Part shown: one piece after another, positions 1 through 9,334 of the stretch
Layout: each line of letters begins with the position of its first letter
How positions within the stretch are numbered: the stretch's first letter is position 1
Source: Candidatus Nomurabacteria bacterium
GTDB taxonomy: Bacteria; Patescibacteriota; Minisyncoccia; Phycocordibacterales; UBA9973
Direction of reading: 5' to 3'
Length of the DNA: 49,600 bases
Assembly: GCA_028286485.1 (NCBI GenBank)
Contig: JAQBRM010000007.1
Location: 1-49,600, forward strand
Notes under the pieces: generated by a model
Database searches by the model: none
What the model saw: the letters and a program-made list of their open reading frames with translations, nothing else
What the model was told of the DNA's origin: nothing
Program-made: the position numbers and the translations under genes

Positions 1-1777
1 ATTTGAGCGCCGGCGCATCATTGATACCGTCACCTTGATAGCCAACGACATAATTTGTCTTTAAGGCTTTAATAATAGCGTATTTTTGTGTCGGCGAAAC
101 GCGGGCAAAGACATGGGCGTTTAGAACCGCTTCCAGAAAGGCTTCCGGTGATAGGGCATCCAGTTCGTCTCCGGAGTATACGACGGTCTGATTATCCACG
201 AGACCCACTTGCCGGCCGATGTAGCCGGCTACTTCCTTGCTGTCCCCTGTCAAAATTTTAATTTGTATACCAAGTCGCTGTGCTTCCTCGATAGTATGCT
301 TGGCACTGGCGCGCAACGGATCACTGAGGCTGACGTATCCCAAGAAGAGCAGCGTATCCTCATGCTGCAATATATCGTACTGGTCATCGTAGTCAGCGAT
401 TTTTTTGTATGCAAAGGCGATGTGATGCAGGCCGGTCGCACCTTCTTGAGCGATGGTCTGCGAGTACTCCTTTTTATTGGCAGTGACTGCGATTGTCATG
501 ATGACTTCTGCCGGCCCTCCCACTACCATGTAGTAGTAATTGTTCTTTGTATCGTGCAACACGACTCGTCGTTGTTTATCATCAGGATCAAACGGCAGCT
601 CTTTCACAATGACAAAGGCTTTGGCTTTTTCTTGAATGTCTGGTGAGGTATACGACAAGAATGCATCGTCATAGGTGTTCTGAGTGCGTCGTTTGCGACT
701 TTTCAGCACCGTGATAGCAGCGAAGGCCAACGTTTCAAAAAATTCCGGATCGGGGCCGACGACTGTTTGAATAACCATTTTGTTTTCGGTCAGCGTGCCG
801 GTTTTGTCGGTACAAAGAATGGCGATGTTTCCCAAGTCTTCCATTGATGATAAGCGCTTCACTACCACGTGTTGTTTGGCCAGCTTCAATGCTCCGCTCG
901 ACAGTGAGACGGTGGCGATAACGGGCAATACTTCGGGTACTACGGCAATGGCCATGGAAATGATGAACAATAGCAGCTCCGTGAAGTGCAAGGGCCCTTG
1001 GTTTAAAAATAGCTTTAAAACAAACACGATCGTAAGCGCAATGATGACTATTTTAATCAGGACGGCGCTGAACGATTTCAAGGATTTCTCATACTCGGTA
1101 TCCTTTTTGGTTTCCGTCGAGAGTGCCACGATTGCACCGAACTCCGTTTGCGTACCGGTGGCGTAGACTACGCCGGTCGCCTCCCCTTTCTCGATCACGC
1201 TGCCGGTGAAAATAAGGCCGGTATCATCAGTTAAAGTGCCCGTGACACTTTTTTTCATGAGCGGTAATGACTCACCAGTCAGGGACGATTCATTTACCTG
1301 CAAGTCGTCCGCTGCGATGATGCGCATGTCGGCCGGTGCGATATCACCTTCATGCAGCACGAGGATATCTCCGGGCACGATCTCTGTTTGGTTGAGCAGC
1401 AGCATCTGCCCGTCGCGCTTCACGCGAATGGTTTTGGTGATGAAGAGTGAGAGCTTCTCGATGATTTTTTCCGATTTATATTCCTGAAAGAATCCCAGCA
1501 ACGTGTTGACCAATAAGATCACCAAGATAACGGTTCCATCGGAATAGTCCCTGATCGAGTATGAAATGATGCTGGCAATGAGCAGCAAGTACACCAGCGT
1601 GTTTTGAAATTGATGCCCTAAAACAGAAAACAAACTGACCGAGTGCGTCGGTAACATATTCTTGCCGTACATCGTTGTTCGCTTCGCCACTTCCTGCGTC
1701 GATAATCCTTCAACCGACGAATGTAATGCCTCAAACACCTCCTCTATCCCGCTCGCCATCACTTCCTTTTTCAGCAT
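1..1777 (-). CDS. P-type cation-transporting ATPase (MgtA-like), 3' end outside window
   Basis: Translated by hand: starts MLKKEVMASGIEEVFEALHSSVEGLS; motifs LTGES, VPEVLP, ILCTDKTGTLTEN, GYQGDGINDAPALK at the window edge. Ion specificity not established. Confidence 0.9.
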   Translation of the reverse strand, partial: MLKKEVMASGIEEVFEALHSSVEGLSTQEVAKRTTMYGKNMLPTHSVSLFSVLGHQFQNTLVYLLLIASIISYSIRDYSDGTVILVILLVNTLLGFFQEYKSEKIIEKLSLFITKTIRVKRDGQMLLLNQTEIVPGDILVLHEGDIAPADMRIIAADDLQVNESSLTGESLPLMKKSVTGTLTDDTGLIFTGSVIEKGEATGVVYATGTQTEFGAIVALSTETKKDTEYEKSLKSFSAVLIKIVIIALTIVFVLKLFLNQGPLHFTELLLFIISMAIAVVPEVLPVIATVSLSSGALKLAKQHVVVKRLSSMEDLGNIAILCTDKTGTLTENKMVIQTVVGPDPEFFETLAFAAITVLKSRKRRTQNTYDDAFLSYTSPDIQEKAKAFVIVKELPFDPDDKQRRVVLHDTKNNYYYMVVGGPAEVIMTIAVTANKKEYSQTIAQEGATGLHHIAFAYKKIADYDDQYDILQHEDTLLFLGYVSLSDPLRASAKHTIEEAQRLGIQIKILTGDSKEVAGYIGRQVGLVDNQTVVYSGDELDALSPEAFLEAVLNAHVFARVSPTQKYAIIKALKTNYVVGYQGDGINDAPALK

Positions 1778-1813
1778 ATGGGGAAAGTATAGCAGATAAG
1801 GCGTGAAGGAAAT

Positions 1814-1838
1814 AAAAAAAGTCCTGAACATGTCAGGG
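1814..1838 (-). terminator. Intrinsic terminator after the small ORF
   Basis: Minus strand CCTGA-CATGT-TCAGG followed by ACTTTTTTT; short stem. Confidence 0.5.
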
Positions 1839-1849
1839 TATGAAAATAC

Positions 1850-2011
1850 TTACCGGAAAGGGATGAAGAAAATATAATAAGAATGAGGGTTCGCCCATGC
1901 AGCGGTGTAGCGCGATGAAGTAAAAATAAGCACTCCGAGAGTTGTCATGGCAATGAGGCTGGCGTATAAGAAAAATTCTTTGCTTAAATGTATGCTATGA
2001 GATTGCTTCAT
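1850..2011 (-). CDS. Small putative single-TM protein, 53 aa (not in ORF track)
   Basis: MKQSHSIHLSKEFFLYASLIAMTTLGVLIFTSSRYTAAWANPHSYYIFFIPFR*; fills the intergenic gap and is followed by a terminator. Confidence 0.55.
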   Translation of the reverse strand: MKQSHSIHLSKEFFLYASLIAMTTLGVLIFTSSRYTAAWANPHSYYIFFIPFR

Positions 2012-2064
2012 TACTTCTCAGTGTAGAAGTCAATTATGAAGCCAAGATGAACACGGGGAAGAAG

Positions 2065-2751
2065 TTATTTTCTGGCGGAAAAGAAATTGATGAAATATTT
2101 ATAAGAAATCGTGAGAAATCCTTCTCGCACGAAGCGACGGCCGGACGTTGGCATGATCAACCGGGGGTCGAAATGAATCGTGCCGAATTTTGAGATGCGT
2201 TTGGCGGTATTGGTATCTTCTCCGTAGAATTCGATACTGGTATCATAACCATGCGTTTTTTCCATCACCGAGGCACGGATCAATGTATTACCGCCTACCA
2301 ATACCCCACCCTGCTTGATAAATGATAGCTGCAACACGGTATTCATCAGACGAGAGAATATCTGAAAGGTCAGCAGGAAAAAATGTTGCGCCACAAATCC
2401 GAGGTCATAATACCAGTAGGGACCACTCACCCCCGCTACCCGTTCATCAGCAAAATGCACGATACCGCGACTCAGCCAATCCGGTGGCGGCAGACAATCA
2501 GCATCGATATTGGCAATGATATCTCCCGTAGCATGCTGTCGGCCGCATTCTCGGGCATATAAGATACCCTTTCGCGGTTCGTCTACTACGGTAATGGGAA
2601 ATTGCCGCGCTATTTCCTTAGTGCGATCGTTGGAATTATTATTGACTACAATGACTTCAAATGAAGGGTGGTCTTGGGCCAGAACGGCTTCAAGCGTGCG
2701 GGCGATAAACCCTTCTTCATTGTTGGCAGGAATGATAATGGAAACTTTCAT
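2065..2751 (-). CDS. Family 2 glycosyltransferase
   Basis: VSIIIPANNEE, VVNNNSNDRT, IDAD (DxD), GED motifs. Confidence 0.92.
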   Translation of the reverse strand: MKVSIIIPANNEEGFIARTLEAVLAQDHPSFEVIVVNNNSNDRTKEIARQFPITVVDEPRKGILYARECGRQHATGDIIANIDADCLPPPDWLSRGIVHFADERVAGVSGPYWYYDLGFVAQHFFLLTFQIFSRLMNTVLQLSFIKQGGVLVGGNTLIRASVMEKTHGYDTSIEFYGEDTNTAKRISKFGTIHFDPRLIMPTSGRRFVREGFLTISYKYFINFFSARK

Positions 2752-2760
2752 ATGAGGTAT

Positions 2761-3354
2761 TTATTCTAGCTTTTTTCGCAAACGCTTGAGGTAGTGGAAA
2801 ATGAATACGCCGGCAATTATAAGTACGGCAATCAACGATCCTTTCCCGATAATACCGTGGATGCGCGTATAGAGTTCCCCAAAGAAATACCCTAATGCCA
2901 ATAAGGCGCCGGACCATAGTAATTGTCCCAAGATATTGGTACGGATGTATTTCCAAAACGGAATGCGGACGATACCGGCCGTCGTCAGCACTACCATCGC
3001 CAAGCCCAACCCATTGCTGATTTTTGAAAAAAACAATATCTTGTATTTATTGTCGTGAAAAAGCATTTTGACCTTCTCAACCTTTTCTTCGGTGATAGTG
3101 AAATACTTTCTTAATTTATTGATCACCTTCTCGCCATAATGATAACCGATATGGTACAAGATCACATCGCCGATCAAATCCCCCAGCATCAGGGAAATAT
3201 AAACCGGAAGAAAATAAAAATGATTCAAACGCAATAGTACTCCCAACAGCACGGATAAAATCGGCCCTTCCGCCAAGGCAATAAGCACGATCATCAGATA
3301 GATGAGATATACATGCTGTGCGCCAAATTGTACGAGCCATTGTTGTAATTGCAT
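2761..3354 (-). CDS. DedA/VTT family membrane protein
   Basis: AEGP, LGDLIGDVILYHIG, ILFFSK, LGYFFG. ATG at 3354 chosen to avoid overlap with apbE. Confidence 0.85.
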   Translation of the reverse strand: MQLQQWLVQFGAQHVYLIYLMIVLIALAEGPILSVLLGVLLRLNHFYFLPVYISLMLGDLIGDVILYHIGYHYGEKVINKLRKYFTITEEKVEKVKMLFHDNKYKILFFSKISNGLGLAMVVLTTAGIVRIPFWKYIRTNILGQLLWSGALLALGYFFGELYTRIHGIIGKGSLIAVLIIAGVFIFHYLKRLRKKLE

Positions 3355-3364
3355 GAAATTCTTC

Positions 3365-4225
3365 CTATTGTAGCATGAGAAAACCGTCGGATTGCTCGAT
3401 GGAATAATCTGCTCGTACCAATAGGTATTCAAATTGATACTTGCTCAACATCCCGTGTTGAACAAAAAACAGGCACGTAGCAATGGCATCGGCCAATATC
3501 GTGCTGTCCGCCATGACCCATATGGCAATAATATCAGTTGGCGAAGATAGTTTCTGGGGATTGATAATGTGATGAAAATCCCCCCACTTTCTTCTATTAC
3601 CCGCCGAGCCACAGAGGCTTTTATTTTGTAATTCCACTACGCCGATAACTTGTGTCGGAACATCCGGATGTTCCAGTCCTACCCGCAATGGTTCAATATT
3701 ACGATGCAGTATGTCACCGCCGGCATCAACGCAGAATGCCTTAATGCCCTGCTCTTGCAGCAATTCCCCTACGATATCAATCAAATATCCCTTGCCGGCG
3801 GCGCCAAAATCAAATAAGAAGGGCTTTTTCACTTCCAATACCGGCGGAACATAACTCATGACCTCATCCCATTGCGGTGGAGCGGTTAATGGCCGGCTTT
3901 GCTGCAATGAATATGTTGCGTCATATCCTGCATCAGCCAAGACTTGTCCCATGAATGGCGTAAATAATCCTCCCGTTAGTGTATATAAATCGTGATAGAG
4001 GGACAGCATGGGTTCGGCATCCTGTGGTAACGTATACTCCCCCGCTTGTTGAGATATTTTTGTGACAATAGAATCCGCTCGGAATCGTGAATAGGTTTTT
4101 TCAAACAACTCAATGCGTTCACGAATCAATAATAAAAGAACACTTTCTTGCGCTGAAGAAAGTGCCTCATATATATCAATCTGCCAGTGCGTGCCAATGG
4201 CTTCAAATGCGAAATGAGAAGCCAT
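3365..4225 (-). CDS. apbE: FAD:protein FMN transferase (ApbE family)
   Basis: AIGT, SRFRADS, DFGAAGKGY, VDAGGDI, HHIINP, ADAIAT motifs. Confidence 0.92.
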   Translation of the reverse strand: MASHFAFEAIGTHWQIDIYEALSSAQESVLLLLIRERIELFEKTYSRFRADSIVTKISQQAGEYTLPQDAEPMLSLYHDLYTLTGGLFTPFMGQVLADAGYDATYSLQQSRPLTAPPQWDEVMSYVPPVLEVKKPFLFDFGAAGKGYLIDIVGELLQEQGIKAFCVDAGGDILHRNIEPLRVGLEHPDVPTQVIGVVELQNKSLCGSAGNRRKWGDFHHIINPQKLSSPTDIIAIWVMADSTILADAIATCLFFVQHGMLSKYQFEYLLVRADYSIEQSDGFLMLQ

Positions 4226-4230
4226 GAATA

Positions 4231-4752
4231 CTATGCCTTAGCCTGTGCTTTAATTTGAGTGATAGCGTCATTGAAGCCGCGGCCGGTCAAAGAAGATCCG
4301 GAAACCTTATCAAGCTTCAATATACTGATATCTTTTCCTACCACATACGGTGTATAAGCGCCGGCAAAGATTTGTTGGTAGTGCGCAGAAGTACCATCGT
4401 TTGCCCCTTCTTTGAGAGAGACCGCGGTAATTTTATCGGCTTTCAGTGTGACGGTAACACCCAACTGATCCAATCCCCCTGGCGACATGTATGAACCGGT
4501 AGCGGTATACGTGCCATCCTTATAGGCACTTGCCGCTACAGGAGTAGTCGAAGGATTTCCCACCGGAGTAGTAGTCGGTGTCGTGGTTTGCGGAACAGCT
4601 GTCACTGGCGCCGTTGAGGTGGATGAATCTGTAGAGGTTGAAGCGGAATGTTGTGTTGCATACGTGATACCTATTAATGCGAGCAGTCCGACAATGGCGA
4701 CGCCGATGCCGAGATTTTTATTCGACTTCTTTTGTGTTTCTTGTGGTTCCAT
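4231..4752 (-). CDS. Membrane-anchored FMN-binding (flavinylated) protein
   Basis: N-terminal TM, Thr/Pro/Ser linker, YKDGTYTATGSY, and DKVSGSSLTG resembling the [S/T]GA[S/T] flavinylation motif; adjacent to apbE. Confidence 0.85.
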   Translation of the reverse strand: MEPQETQKKSNKNLGIGVAIVGLLALIGITYATQHSASTSTDSSTSTAPVTAVPQTTTPTTTPVGNPSTTPVAASAYKDGTYTATGSYMSPGGLDQLGVTVTLKADKITAVSLKEGANDGTSAHYQQIFAGAYTPYVVGKDISILKLDKVSGSSLTGRGFNDAITQIKAQAKA

Positions 4753-4777
4753 AGGGCCTAGTATAAATTATTTTTTA

Positions 4778-5155
4778 TTATATTGCTAAAATATCATCAC
4801 CGTACATAAAAATGCAGAACGTGGCAACTGCCAATCCAAAGTCACGCACGCCAATCTCGCCGTATCCTACCGTATACATGATATCGAACAGGTGCAGTGC
4901 CAATAGTAATGCTACCCATCGCACCTGCCAACCGAAGAGCAGTAATGTTCCCAATACTACTTCCACCAGTCCATTGAAGGTGACGAGGGTGGAAGCGCTG
5001 ACATGAGTAAGGGTTACAATTGAGTCCGGTATGTAGGCAATCCATTGCGCGTTATTGATCAGCTGCTGGACGCCGAACCAGAGTATTACCAGCGATAAGC
5101 CATAGCGGAGCACGGCAGGGGCATACAGGCGAAGTTTCATTGCGGCGGTATTCAT
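4778..5155 (-). CDS. DoxX family membrane protein
   Basis: LRYGLSLVILWFG, GLVEVVLGTLLLFG, VRDFGL pattern; about 4 TM. Confidence 0.8.
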   Translation of the reverse strand: MNTAAMKLRLYAPAVLRYGLSLVILWFGVQQLINNAQWIAYIPDSIVTLTHVSASTLVTFNGLVEVVLGTLLLFGWQVRWVALLLALHLFDIMYTVGYGEIGVRDFGLAVATFCIFMYGDDILAI

Positions 5156-5173
5156 GATAGCAGTATAAACTTA

Positions 5174-5199
5174 TACGTATAATTTCTCAATTTCTTTCA
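5174..5199 (-). promoter_or_regulatory. Putative ECF sigma promoter of the doxX-apbE operon
   Basis: TGAAAG-N16-CGTA; same motif at 21533-21558 and 22917-22943. Confidence 0.7.
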
Positions 5200-5205
5200 C
5201 TGCTA

Positions 5206-6696
5206 CTATTCCACGTGCACCGTGATATCAGTGCGCTCATTTTTTAATTTCAATGTCAGTGCAAAGAACGCACCGATCAGCACAACGATGCCGGAAATAA
5301 TGAACACGTAGTTGTAGGCATCAATCTGCGCTTTCAGCTCAATCAGCGAAACATACCGTTGAATATCCAACACGGCATGGCTGTGCAGCACACTCCATTG
5401 ATTGATGAATAAAATATTACTGTTCGTCCTATTGGCCAGAATGGTGCCGAACAAGGCGATACCGAATGCGCCGGCCACGTTGCGCGCCAATGCCAAGATT
5501 GATGATGCGACGCCGATTTCATGCGGATCAACCACCGATGCAATGATATTGGTACGCTGCGCCATGCCGAAACCGAGACCAAAGGCCATGACACATAGTG
5601 GAATGATCAAACCCACTGCCGTAGTCTTGGGATCAAGGTGCGCGAACATGAACAAGCCAATGGCGGTGACGAGCGTGCTGGCAAAAATCACATAGCGAGA
5701 CTGTACCCTGCCCATCAATGCGCCGCCGACCGGCGCGGCCAGCATCATGGCAGCCGCCATGGGCATGAAAAGATAGCCGGCTTCCGTGGCGCTGTAGCCA
5801 AGGAATGTTTGGGCAAAGACCGGCAAGAGGAATAATCCGCCCATCAATCCCATGAAGACCACGAAGTTATTGAACAATGTGTTGACGAAGGCGGGGATTT
5901 TGAAGAAGCGCAAATCCACAATCGGCTCAGGAACATTTTTCTCAATGCGAATAAATACTGCGAGAAATATCACTATCAATGAATAGCAGAGGATGCTCAG
6001 ACCGGAAAGCCAACCCCATGTCGCGCCTTGGTCGAGCACTAACACCAATGATGACAGCATGCCACCCAAGGTGATAGCACCCCACCAGTCAAAGAAAACT
6101 GACTTCACTTCGGAGCGGGACTCATTGATGAATCTCATGGCCATGAGCAACCCCAGAATACCGACCGGTAAATTTATTAGAAAAACCGATCGCCAACCGA
6201 AGTTATCGATCAATGGGCCGCCCAGTAACGGTCCGAAGACACTGGCCGCCGCAAATGAACTGGACCAGATGCCCAAGGCTTGCGCGCGTTCTTTTTGTTC
6301 CTTGAATGTCACCGCCAAGATGGCCATAGCGGTCGGATAATCGGCTGATCCGGCAATGGCTTGAATGACTCGGAAGACGATCAATGAGGACAGGTTCCAC
6401 GCCAAACCGGCCAAGACCGAGCCGAGGATGAAAATAGTGAAGCCCAGAATATACACTTTCTTTCGTCCGATGGTATCGCCGAGCTTGCCCCAAATAGGCA
6501 CAAAGATGGCATTGGCCAGAATATACGCCGTGGCAATCCAGCCGGCCGCACTGACCGTAATGTGAAAGTCACTGATGATATTGGGCAGTGCCAAGTTGAC
6601 GATTGTTTGATCGAGACGGCCCAAGAAGGTACCGATAATCACCGTCAATAAAATCCACCAGCGCAGACTGCTTTTCTTTTCGACCGCTTTGTCCAT
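5206..6696 (-). CDS. DHA2 (EmrB/QacA) MFS efflux transporter
   Basis: LDQTIVNLALP, GKLGDTIGRKK, WRSVFLINLPVG; about 14 TM. Confidence 0.95.
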   Translation of the reverse strand: MDKAVEKKSSLRWWILLTVIIGTFLGRLDQTIVNLALPNIISDFHITVSAAGWIATAYILANAIFVPIWGKLGDTIGRKKVYILGFTIFILGSVLAGLAWNLSSLIVFRVIQAIAGSADYPTAMAILAVTFKEQKERAQALGIWSSSFAAASVFGPLLGGPLIDNFGWRSVFLINLPVGILGLLMAMRFINESRSEVKSVFFDWWGAITLGGMLSSLVLVLDQGATWGWLSGLSILCYSLIVIFLAVFIRIEKNVPEPIVDLRFFKIPAFVNTLFNNFVVFMGLMGGLFLLPVFAQTFLGYSATEAGYLFMPMAAAMMLAAPVGGALMGRVQSRYVIFASTLVTAIGLFMFAHLDPKTTAVGLIIPLCVMAFGLGFGMAQRTNIIASVVDPHEIGVASSILALARNVAGAFGIALFGTILANRTNSNILFINQWSVLHSHAVLDIQRYVSLIELKAQIDAYNYVFIISGIVVLIGAFFALTLKLKNERTDITVHVE

Positions 6697-6697
6697 A

Positions 6698-7336
6698 CTA
6701 TTTGATATAGACTGTTATCTTGGCGGACATGCCATTCTTGAATTCCGGATGCGCTGCGACATCGTAACGAACTTTCACTTGGAAATTTTGCGCGGCACGC
6801 TTGTCGGAAATATTAAAGACGATGCTGGTCTGATCGGAGGTCGGACTGATCTCATCCACCACGCCGGTGAACTGTTTGCTGCCGAATGCATCGACGGTGA
6901 AGATTACCGGCTGCCCGACTTTGATATTGGCAAGGCCTTTGTCTTCTTGAACGGTACCGACAACGCGAAGTTGTGTGGGATCAATCATGGTAACTACCGG
7001 TGTACCGGGCATGATAACTTGTCCCGGAGTATTTTGCGTAGCGATGACCGTACCGGTAACCTTGGCGGTCAGAATTTCCGAGCCGACATGCGCCACTGTT
7101 TCGCCGGCCGTGACCGTGTCCCCAGGCTGTACATCGACTTCTTGCAACACCCCTTCGGCTTGCGGGCCGATTGCAATAGCGGGAGCAATAACTTGAGAGT
7201 TATCAATGGAGACATGAGATGACATTGATTTCCAGATGATCAATGCGCCCACGGCTAATACGATGATGATAATGCCTACGAGACTTTGCACCCATGGTTT
7301 TGAGAAGATACTTTGTTTTATTTCAGATTGTTCCAT
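6698..7336 (-). CDS. Short EmrA/HlyD-type membrane fusion protein lacking the helical hairpin
   Basis: TM, lipoyl halves directly joined (VQPGDTVTAGETVAHVGSEILTAKVTGTV), beta-barrel with FKNGMSA. Start set at ATG 7336. Confidence 0.85.
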   Translation of the reverse strand: MEQSEIKQSIFSKPWVQSLVGIIIIVLAVGALIIWKSMSSHVSIDNSQVIAPAIAIGPQAEGVLQEVDVQPGDTVTAGETVAHVGSEILTAKVTGTVIATQNTPGQVIMPGTPVVTMIDPTQLRVVGTVQEDKGLANIKVGQPVIFTVDAFGSKQFTGVVDEISPTSDQTSIVFNISDKRAAQNFQVKVRYDVAAHPEFKNGMSAKITVYIK

Positions 7337-7337
7337 A

Positions 7338-8309
7338 TTATTGGGTAGTGATGCTAATAACGGCTTTGTTGGCAGTGGCGGATGCACCGGCTTTCAGATC
7401 GGCATCGATGAATGACACAGTGCCGTTGCTTGGCGCGATGATGAAGTTGTTGCGATAGTTGGCCAGAGCGGATTGATAGACGCCTTGTGCGGCATCAACG
7501 GCGGCTTGTGAGGTATTGGCGCTGGATGACTGGTTGAGGTTGGCGGCAAATTGGTTGAGGACTTGATCACGCGTGCTGACTGCCAAGTCGTATGCATTCT
7601 TGTTGGTGACATAGCTTGCTGACTTGGTATTGGGAATACTGACCGTCCACTTTGTCGCTCCGGCAAATCCTGAAGTGAATGAAATGAAGAGCCCGCAACT
7701 TCCCAACGGCTGGGGCGTATTGAAGGTCACTACGCCATTGCCGCTTTCGAGGCCGCTATAGTTGAATGAAAATCCTGAGTTGGTGCCGGATGGATAGGGA
7801 TCGATTTCATATGAGCCTTCATTGGCACAATTATACGTACCGGTAATGATCGGCAAATGGCTGTCATCTTGTACGGATGGCACTGCTGCCAACCCGCTTG
7901 AAAGCAAAGTACGGTAAGCATTCTGCACCAACGTATCCTGCTGCTTTTTTGCATTGGCATACTGCACGTTCATGGAAGCGTACTGTGCTTGCGCCAGCTC
8001 CAATGCACCCTTGGCCTGTGTCAGTGATCCGGCAGCGGCTCCGGCATCCAATGAGGCCAGCACTTCCCCTTTGGTAACATGATCCCCTACTTTGACGGAA
8101 ACGCTGGCAATACGGCCGCCTTGCGGAAAGCCTAATGCCACGGAATTATTAGTAGTGTCGGTACTGATGACATTGGCATTGCTGGCAACATCGCTCGGCA
8201 CGTTGACGGTCGGCGCTTTGCCGACGGAATGATATAAGAAAACTCCCGCGATAATTGCCACGATAGCAACGATTGGGATGATGATTTTGGGTTTATGGAA
8301 TATGTTCAT
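7338..8309 (-). CDS. HlyD-type membrane fusion protein with hairpin and inserted domain, no C-terminal beta-barrel
   Basis: TM, VKVGDHVTKGEVLASLD, coiled coils, IIAPSNGTV, then ends. Confidence 0.8.
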   Translation of the reverse strand: MNIFHKPKIIIPIVAIVAIIAGVFLYHSVGKAPTVNVPSDVASNANVISTDTTNNSVALGFPQGGRIASVSVKVGDHVTKGEVLASLDAGAAAGSLTQAKGALELAQAQYASMNVQYANAKKQQDTLVQNAYRTLLSSGLAAVPSVQDDSHLPIITGTYNCANEGSYEIDPYPSGTNSGFSFNYSGLESGNGVVTFNTPQPLGSCGLFISFTSGFAGATKWTVSIPNTKSASYVTNKNAYDLAVSTRDQVLNQFAANLNQSSSANTSQAAVDAAQGVYQSALANYRNNFIIAPSNGTVSFIDADLKAGASATANKAVISITTQ

Positions 8310-8316
8310 ACGAAAA

Positions 8317-8763
8317 TTATTTTACGAGCGTTCGGATAATGGCTGATAACTGTTGTTTTTGTTCAAGGCTTAATTTCTTGAGCAGGGCGGTCAACAGTAC
8401 GGTTTTCTTTTTCTGCAGGCTTTGCTGTACTTTCTTGGCTTGCGGGGTGAGTATCACTCGCACGCTGCGACGATCACCCACGGCATTCTCGCGCTTGACC
8501 AGCTTGTTCCCTACCATGGCATCAATCAATGTCGTGGCGGAGGGCGGCGTGATACGTAGGTGATGGGCGATGTCTTTCATGGTCGGATGCTGCTGTTCGC
8601 CGAGGTACTGCATGATTTCCAAGTGAGACATCGAGCAGTGCATGGTGCGGACTTCCTTGCGGTACAAGTCCCCGAAGGTGTGCTTGAACACGTTCAGCAA
8701 GGCTTGCAGCTCCGCAATATCGAATTCCTTGCGTGTTTTTGTTACGGGTTTTTTCATTGGCAT
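8317..8763 (-). CDS. MarR family transcriptional regulator
   Basis: TMKDIAHHLRITPPSATTLID, DRRSVRVILT. Confidence 0.93.
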   Translation of the reverse strand: MPMKKPVTKTRKEFDIAELQALLNVFKHTFGDLYRKEVRTMHCSMSHLEIMQYLGEQQHPTMKDIAHHLRITPPSATTLIDAMVGNKLVKRENAVGDRRSVRVILTPQAKKVQQSLQKKKTVLLTALLKKLSLEQKQQLSAIIRTLVK

Positions 8764-8780
8764 ATATGGGTACTATTCTT

Positions 8781-8803
8781 AATACTTAGTAAAACTAACT
8801 ATT
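8781..8803. promoter_or_regulatory. Palindromic operator, probably MarR autoregulation
   Basis: AATACTTAGT-AAA-ACTAACTATT (9/10 arm match) between a minus-strand TTGACA (8841-8836) and the marR start. Confidence 0.65.
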
Positions 8804-8843
8804 AGATATCCTTATATTATCGGAAAATACCATTTTGTCAAAT

Positions 8844-8872
8844 AAAAAATCCCCTCAGGTAGAGGGGATTTT
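8844..8872 (-). terminator. Intrinsic terminator overlapping the stop of the 8855-9244 ORF
   Basis: AAAATCCCCT-N7-AGGGGATTTT. Confidence 0.65.
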
Positions 8873-9244
8873 GATGATGCAGGGGGCTTCTTGGTGCACC
8901 ATAAACATCCGGCTGGTAGTGTTAGGAATCAATTTACACAGCCACCACTGAACGTCACTTATCTTTTCCGGCATCTTTTCCAAAGAAAATCGCGGGCTTA
9001 CGATTGATATGTGATTCTTCAAAGACGGTGTGGTAGTAAAAAATATTCTGAATTGGTCATGCCACATGTCAAATTTATTGGAATGAGAAATTCTTTCGAT
9101 GGCGGTTATATGAGTGGCGTATTTCCCATTGTCATAATTCACGGTTATTTCAATCGTCTTCCCTATCAACTCTATGGGTTCTGTACACCCAGCCATCCGA
9201 CACATCAGCTCCAATATTTTTTCAATAATTATCCTGTCTTCCAT
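8855..9244 (-). CDS. Hypothetical protein
   Basis: 129-aa ATG ORF, upstream TTGACA-17-TATCGT and its own terminator; no recognised motif. Confidence 0.55.
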   Translation of the reverse strand: MEDRIIIEKILELMCRMAGCTEPIELIGKTIEITVNYDNGKYATHITAIERISHSNKFDMWHDQFRIFFTTTPSLKNHISIVSPRFSLEKMPEKISDVQWWLCKLIPNTTSRMFMVHQEAPCIIKIPST

Positions 9245-9300
9245 GTTCGTAGGTTTTTTGTCACGATACTTTTATTCCATAATTTTGTCAATATTAAACA

Positions 9301-9328
9301 AAAAAGACTCCTTAAAAAAGGGTCTTTT
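9301..9328 (-). terminator. Intrinsic terminator after the 9335-9778 ORF
   Basis: AAAAGACCC...GAGTCTTTTTT on the minus strand, imperfect stem. Confidence 0.5.
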
Positions 9329-9334
9329 ATTAAT

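Noticed and set aside
209..1487. Plus-strand ORFs 209-646, 780-1166, 1206-1487
   Set aside because: Antisense shadows of the P-type ATPase, which the track missed because it is truncated.
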